Source: Myxococcota bacterium (lineage in GTDB: Bacteria; Myxococcota_A; UBA9160; UBA6930). Taken from it: a DNA stretch of 64,000 nt. The first letter of the stretch is position 1; the number at the start of each line of letters is the position of its first letter. Location: contig OZ245015.1 in the NCBI GenBank assembly GCA_965223705.1, positions 2,688,001 through 2,752,000 on the forward strand, written 5' to 3'. This document shows, piece by piece, positions 59,729 through 64,000 of this stretch. The translations under genes were made by a program, and so were the position numbers. The notes below the pieces were generated by a model that had not been told where the DNA came from, made no database searches, and saw only the letters and a list, made by a program, of their open reading frames with translations.

Positions 59729-60334
59729 GTGGAGAGCAGCAACCCGCGCATCGTCCTCGCCAGTGCTTCGCCCCGGCGTCGGGACCTGCTCCGAGGCGCG
59801 GGACTCAATTTTGAGATCGAAGCCGCGAATATCGACGAAGCGCAGTTCCCCGACGAGGACGTCGAAGCGCTGGTTTCGCGCTTGGCGCGACAAAAAGCAG
59901 AGGCCGTGGCCTCGCGCTACCGAGATCAAGACGTCCTCGTGATCGGGGCGGATACCGTGGTCGCGCTGGACTCCGGCGTGATCGGAAAACCGGAAGACGA
60001 CGAGCACGCGATGGAAATCCTGACGTCACTGGTCGGTCGCGTCCATCGCGTGGTGACCGGCGTCGCGATCCTCGAGGTCGGCGGACTGCGCCCCCTCGAA
60101 CGCACCGTCACAAGCCGCGTCGAAATGCGCGATGCGACCGGTGACGAGCTTCGCGCGTACATCGAAACCGGTGAGTCGCGCGACAAGGCCGGCGCCTACG
60201 CCATCCAAGGCCAGGGCGGCGCACTCGTGACACGCGTCGCGGGTAGCGAGAGCAACGTGATCGGCTTGCCGCTCGATGAAACCCTCGCCCTGCTCCGCGA
60301 GGCGGGGGCGTTTCGTTCGCTGGCGAGCGCGTGA
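59729..60334 (+). CDS. maf: Maf-family nucleoside triphosphate pyrophosphatase
   Basis: LASASPRRRDLL, KAEAV, GADTVV, GKP, DKAGAYAIQG, NVIGLP. Confidence 0.95.
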   Translation: MESSNPRIVLASASPRRRDLLRGAGLNFEIEAANIDEAQFPDEDVEALVSRLARQKAEAVASRYRDQDVLVIGADTVVALDSGVIGKPEDDEHAMEILTSLVGRVHRVVTGVAILEVGGLRPLERTVTSRVEMRDATGDELRAYIETGESRDKAGAYAIQGQGGALVTRVAGSESNVIGLPLDETLALLREAGAFRSLASA

Positions 60335-61032
60335 GCGGCTATGCCCGCGTCGCTGCGCGCGTCACCGAAGCCGCCCGACGGGCGGCGCGCCCGCCGGAAG
60401 AGATCCGTATCGTAGGCGCCGCGAAAGCGCAGTCCGTCGAAACCGTTGTGGCGGCGGTTCGCGCGGGGCTTCGAGAGATCGGCCACAACTACGCGCAGGA
60501 AGCCCGCGAAAAAGTCCCCCTCGTAAACGAGCGGGTCGAGGCTTTGGGGCTGCCGCCTCCGGTCTGGCACTTCCTCGGCGGTCTCCAAACCAACAAGGCG
60601 CGCACCATCCTCCCGTGGTGCACATGTGTGCAGTCCGTGGACCGCCCCTCCCTCGCGCGAGAGCTCAACCGTCGGGCGGGGGCAGCCGGCCGCTCTCTCG
60701 ACGTGCTGGTTCAGGTCGACGTCAGTGGCGAAGCTTCGAAAGGTGGGGTCGCTCCCGAAGAACTCGGCGCGTTGCTGGCCGAACGCGAGGCTTGGCCCCA
60801 CCTCCGCTTTATCGGGCTGATGGCCATCCCCGAGCCCACCGCGGATACCGACGCGATGCGGCCGGCGTTCCGCGCGTTGCGCGACTTGCGAGATCGGTAC
60901 AGGGCGTCTGAAGAGGATCTACGTCACCTTTCGATGGGCATGTCGGCGGACTACGAAACGGCGATCAGCGAGGGCGCTACCATCGTGCGGATCGGCACCG
61001 CTATTTTCGGTCCTCGGAGGAATTCCGCGTGA
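60331..61032 (+). CDS. yggS: PLP homeostasis protein (YggS family)
   Basis: NYAQE, WHFLG.LQTNK, GLMAIP, LSMGMS.DY..AI.EGAT.VRIGTAIFG. Confidence 0.95.
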   Translation: MSGYARVAARVTEAARRAARPPEEIRIVGAAKAQSVETVVAAVRAGLREIGHNYAQEAREKVPLVNERVEALGLPPPVWHFLGGLQTNKARTILPWCTCVQSVDRPSLARELNRRAGAAGRSLDVLVQVDVSGEASKGGVAPEELGALLAEREAWPHLRFIGLMAIPEPTADTDAMRPAFRALRDLRDRYRASEEDLRHLSMGMSADYETAISEGATIVRIGTAIFGPRRNSA

Positions 61033-61835
61033 CGCTCGAGTCGGCAGACATCGGCATCATCGGTTCGGGCGCGATGGGGAGCGCCTTGGCCCAGGGACTT
61101 CTCGATGCAGGGGTCGCGAAAGACCGCGTCCGGATGAGCGATGTCGATGCCGAGCGACTCGCCGATGCGTCAGCGCGCCTCGGTGTCGAAAGCGCCCCAT
61201 CCAACGCGGCGCTGGTGGAAATGAGTGACGTCGTCGTCCTCGCGGTGAAGCCCGGGGATGTCGCAGCGGTTCTCGAGAACGCCGCGAGCGCATCGCCGCT
61301 CTGGATTTCCATCGCGGCTGGCGTGCCCATCGCGGCTCTGCTCCGTCCGCTACCGGACGGGGCGCGGGCGGTTCGCGCAATGCCCAACACCCCCGCCCTG
61401 GTCGGACGGGGAGCGACCGCGTTCGTCGCGAGCGAGGGCGCCTCCGAAGCCGACCGCGCCCTTGCAAACGCCATCTTCGCCGCGGTGGGCGAGGTGTGGG
61501 AAGCGGCTTCCGAGTCGCAGCTCGACGCGGTGACCGGACTCTCGGGAAGCGGGCCGGCCTACGTGTTCGTCCTGCTCGAAGCCTTGGCCGATGCCGGCGT
61601 CCGCCAGGGCTTGCCCCGTCAGGCCGCTCAGCTCCTGGCCACCCAGACGGTCTTGGGAGCGGCAGAGCTGGCGCTCAAAACGGGCGGCTCGCCAGCCGCG
61701 CTGAAGGATCAAGTGACTTCCCCGGGGGGCACCACGATTGCCGGGCTCGCGGCACTCGAGGCCGGCGGCTTGCGCGCGGCCATCCACGAAGCGGTGGCGG
61801 CCGCTACCGCCCGCTCGCAAGAACTGGGAAAGTAA
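61029..61835 (+). CDS. proC: Pyrroline-5-carboxylate reductase
   Basis: IGSGAMG, AVKP, SIAAG, RAMPNTP, SGSGPAY, VTSPGGTT. Confidence 0.96.
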   Translation: MTLESADIGIIGSGAMGSALAQGLLDAGVAKDRVRMSDVDAERLADASARLGVESAPSNAALVEMSDVVVLAVKPGDVAAVLENAASASPLWISIAAGVPIAALLRPLPDGARAVRAMPNTPALVGRGATAFVASEGASEADRALANAIFAAVGEVWEAASESQLDAVTGLSGSGPAYVFVLLEALADAGVRQGLPRQAAQLLATQTVLGAAELALKTGGSPAALKDQVTSPGGTTIAGLAALEAGGLRAAIHEAVAAATARSQELGK

Positions 61836-61862
61836 GGGCGAGAACAAGGATCGGGGGAACGC

Positions 61863-62357
61863 GTGCGGCTGACGGCGCTCGATATTCAGAATCACAAGTT
61901 CTCATCCCGCTTGCGAGGCGTGGATCGGGGTGAAGTCGAAACCTTCCTCCGCCTGATCGCCGAGGATTTCGAAGCGTTGACGCGCGAGTGCGATGCTGCG
62001 CGCGAGACGATCCGCACACTGACGCAGCGGGTGGACGACCTGTCGGCCTCCGAGCGAAAGCTCCAAGAGACCCTCGTGACCGCTCAGGATCTCGCCGATG
62101 ACCTGAAACGCACCGCGATGAAGGAGGCGGAGATCTTGATCTCCGAGTCCGAGCTGAAAGCGGAGAAGATCGTCGAGTCCGCGCAGCGTCAAGCCGGAAA
62201 GATCGCCGAGGACATCCGCGAGATGCGGCTCCTCCGCGGGCGCCTTCGAGGCGCTTTGCGGTCGACGATCGAAGCCCATCTGACGATGCTCGACGGGCTC
62301 AGCGACGAAGCCGAAGACCACAGCGACATCCTCGCTGGAAGCGCGAAATCGGGTTAG
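61863..62357 (+). CDS. DivIVA domain-containing protein
   Basis: LTALDIQNHKF...RG.D..EV..FL followed by a coiled coil. Confidence 0.88.
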   Translation: MRLTALDIQNHKFSSRLRGVDRGEVETFLRLIAEDFEALTRECDAARETIRTLTQRVDDLSASERKLQETLVTAQDLADDLKRTAMKEAEILISESELKAEKIVESAQRQAGKIAEDIREMRLLRGRLRGALRSTIEAHLTMLDGLSDEAEDHSDILAGSAKSG

Positions 62358-62371
62358 ATTCCCCCGCCGCC

Positions 62372-62695
62372 ATGCCTGTTTACGAATACCGATGTGATGC
62401 CTGTGAGCAGGAATTCGAGCGAGAACAACGCATCAGCGACGATCCGCTCAAGACCTGCCCGTTGTGCAAGTCGCGCCGCGTGAAGCGCCTGATCTCCAGG
62501 ACCTCGTTCGTCCTGAAGGGCGGCGGTTGGTACTCGGATCTGTATTCGAGCCAGAGCGGGAGCAAGGATTCCGCCGACGCCGACAGTGGCTCGGACGCTT
62601 CCGACACGAAGTCCGAATCGCCCAAGGCGGACACGAAACCGAAGAAAGAGACGAAAAAGAAATCCGCAAAGAAGAGCAAAAAGGCGGCCAGCTAA
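62372..62695 (+). CDS. FmdB-family zinc-ribbon protein
   Basis: MPVYEYRCDAC...CPLC...FVLKGGGWY plus a low-complexity Ser/Lys tail. Confidence 0.9.
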   Translation: MPVYEYRCDACEQEFEREQRISDDPLKTCPLCKSRRVKRLISRTSFVLKGGGWYSDLYSSQSGSKDSADADSGSDASDTKSESPKADTKPKKETKKKSAKKSKKAAS

Positions 62696-62723
62696 CCGCA
62701 TCGCTCCCTGCCGGAGGCCCCCC

Positions 62724-63590
62724 TTGAACGAACAGCGGATAGAAACGGTCGTCGTCGACGGACTCGCCCTCGCCCAAGAAATCCGCGGAGAGCTCTCGCA
62801 AGCCATCGAAGCGCATCTCCACGCCGGGCGTCGAGCGCCCTGCCTCGCCGTGGTCCTCGTTGGCGACGATCCGGCGAGCGCGTCCTACATCAAGGGGAAG
62901 CGACGCGCGTGCAAGCGCATCGGGATGGACTCCGTCGAGCACACCCTGCCCGCGACGACGGACGAAGCGACGCTCCTCGCACTCATCGACGAGCTGAACA
63001 ACGACCCCGGTGTCGACGGGATCCTGGTGCAGCTTCCACTCCCCGAAAGCATCCGCCCCGCGGAAATCGCGGCGGCGGTCGATCCCGGCAAGGACGTCGA
63101 CGGGTTGCATCCGATGAACAACGGGCGGCTCATGGCGGGCCAACCGGGGCTCTTCGCGTGCACCCCGCTCGGGGTCATGGAAATTCTGCGACGCCACGAG
63201 GTTCCCCTGGAAGGCGCGTCGGCCGTCGTCATCGGCCGCAGCATGATCGTGGGGAAGCCGGTCTCGCTCATGCTTCAAGCGCAGAACGCGACGGTAACCA
63301 TGTGTCATTCGCGCACGCGAGATCTCGCGGCCTTGTGCCGAGAAGCCGACATCGTGATCGCCGCCGTCGGCGTCCCGCGGATGGTCAAGGCGGATTGGAT
63401 TCGCCCCGGCGCCGTCGTAATCGACGTCGGCGTGAGTGAAGTCGACGGCGCGCTGGTGGGCGATGTCGACTTCGAGGCGGCCCAGGGTATCGCTTCGCTC
63501 ATCACGCCCCACCGCCGCGGCGTAGGCCCGATGACGATCACCATGCTGCTCGTCAATACGCTCCGGGCCTACGAAACGCGCAACGCGTGA
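62724..63590 (+). CDS. folD: Bifunctional methylene-THF dehydrogenase/cyclohydrolase
   Basis: VGDDPAS..Y...K, GILVQLPLP, KDVDG, CTP.G, GRS.IVGKP, GVGPMT. TTG start after GGAGG. Confidence 0.96.
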   Translation: MNEQRIETVVVDGLALAQEIRGELSQAIEAHLHAGRRAPCLAVVLVGDDPASASYIKGKRRACKRIGMDSVEHTLPATTDEATLLALIDELNNDPGVDGILVQLPLPESIRPAEIAAAVDPGKDVDGLHPMNNGRLMAGQPGLFACTPLGVMEILRRHEVPLEGASAVVIGRSMIVGKPVSLMLQAQNATVTMCHSRTRDLAALCREADIVIAAVGVPRMVKADWIRPGAVVIDVGVSEVDGALVGDVDFEAAQGIASLITPHRRGVGPMTITMLLVNTLRAYETRNA

Positions 63591-64000
63591 GCGCGCTGCG
63601 CGAGACGCCCTTAAACGCTGCTCACCGCGCCCTCGGCGGCCGCATGGTTCCCTTCGCCGGGTTCTCCATGCCCGTCCAGTACAGCGGCATCGTCGAAGAA
63701 CATCGGGCCGTCCGCGAGCGGGCCGGGTTGTTCGACGTATCGCACATGGGGCAGATCCATCTGCGCGGGCCCGGCGCGGCCGCGCTGGCGGAGCGCTTGC
63801 TGACCTGCCGCGTCGATACGCTGCGCAGCGGACGGGTCCGCTACGGATGCCTGTGCGCGCAGGACGGCGGCGTCATCGACGACGTGACGATCTACCGCGA
63901 AGCCGACGAAGAGTTCTTCCTGTGCGTGAACGCGGCCAACATCGAGAAAGACCTCGGGTGGATCCTGAGACACGCCGGCGACGTCGAAGTCGAGGATCGA
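63587..64000 (+). CDS. gcvT: Glycine cleavage system aminomethyltransferase T (partial, runs off the window)
   Basis: Not in the ORF track. Translates as LRETPLNAAHRALGGRMVPFAGFSMPVQYSGIVEEHRAVRERAGLFDVSHMG...VIDD...VNAAN. GTGA overlap with folD. Confidence 0.95.
   Translation, partial: MSALRETPLNAAHRALGGRMVPFAGFSMPVQYSGIVEEHRAVRERAGLFDVSHMGQIHLRGPGAAALAERLLTCRVDTLRSGRVRYGCLCAQDGGVIDDVTIYREADEEFFLCVNAANIEKDLGWILRHAGDVEVEDR

Noticed and set aside
61863..62357. DivIVA in a diderm as a novelty
   Set aside because: DivIVA near yggS-proC is already known in deltaproteobacterial lineages such as Bdellovibrio.
63560..63600. Glycine riboswitch before gcvT
   Set aside because: folD and gcvT overlap by 4 bp, leaving no intergenic space.

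Overview
This is a gene-dense, high-GC bacterial window of mostly core genome. Gene content and order (full gspC-N type II secretion cluster, maf-yggS-proC-divIVA-FmdB-folD-gcvT, lipoprotein MotB/OmpA, two Lon proteases) suggest a Myxococcota/deltaproteobacterial lineage, which is an inference. From left to right: Lon protease; a surface-glycan locus (WcaJ-like initiating transferase, methyltransferase, GT4s, WbpB/D/E-like genes, a GT-C membrane transferase, metal-independent-type KdsA, GpgS-like transferase); a stand-alone PilZ protein; a DinB-like protein coupled to a penicillin-acylase-family gene; gap-pgk-tpiA-secG-tRNA-Leu(GAG); a FabF-like ketosynthase and alpha/beta hydrolase; flavin reductase, UbiB kinase, glycerate kinase and OmpA/MotB; a dnaK-hsp20-lon operon; gspC-N; a sahR-metH-HAD-tldD-tldE-MBL-CoA transferase run; mlaEFD; and the maf...gcvT cluster, truncated at the right edge. 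I saw no CRISPR, integrase, transposase or phage genes. The most notable oddities are: a DinB-length Y-family protein that has lost its catalytic residues but keeps a QLDLF clamp motif and has no imuA/dnaE2 neighbours; a T2SS secretin with a C-terminal SPOR-like domain; a 33-bp tandem repeat inside the GspG prepilin leader; a probable CTG start for hsp20; a SahR-type operator; and repeated signs of leaderless promoters. All calls come from motif recognition by eye; no searches were run.
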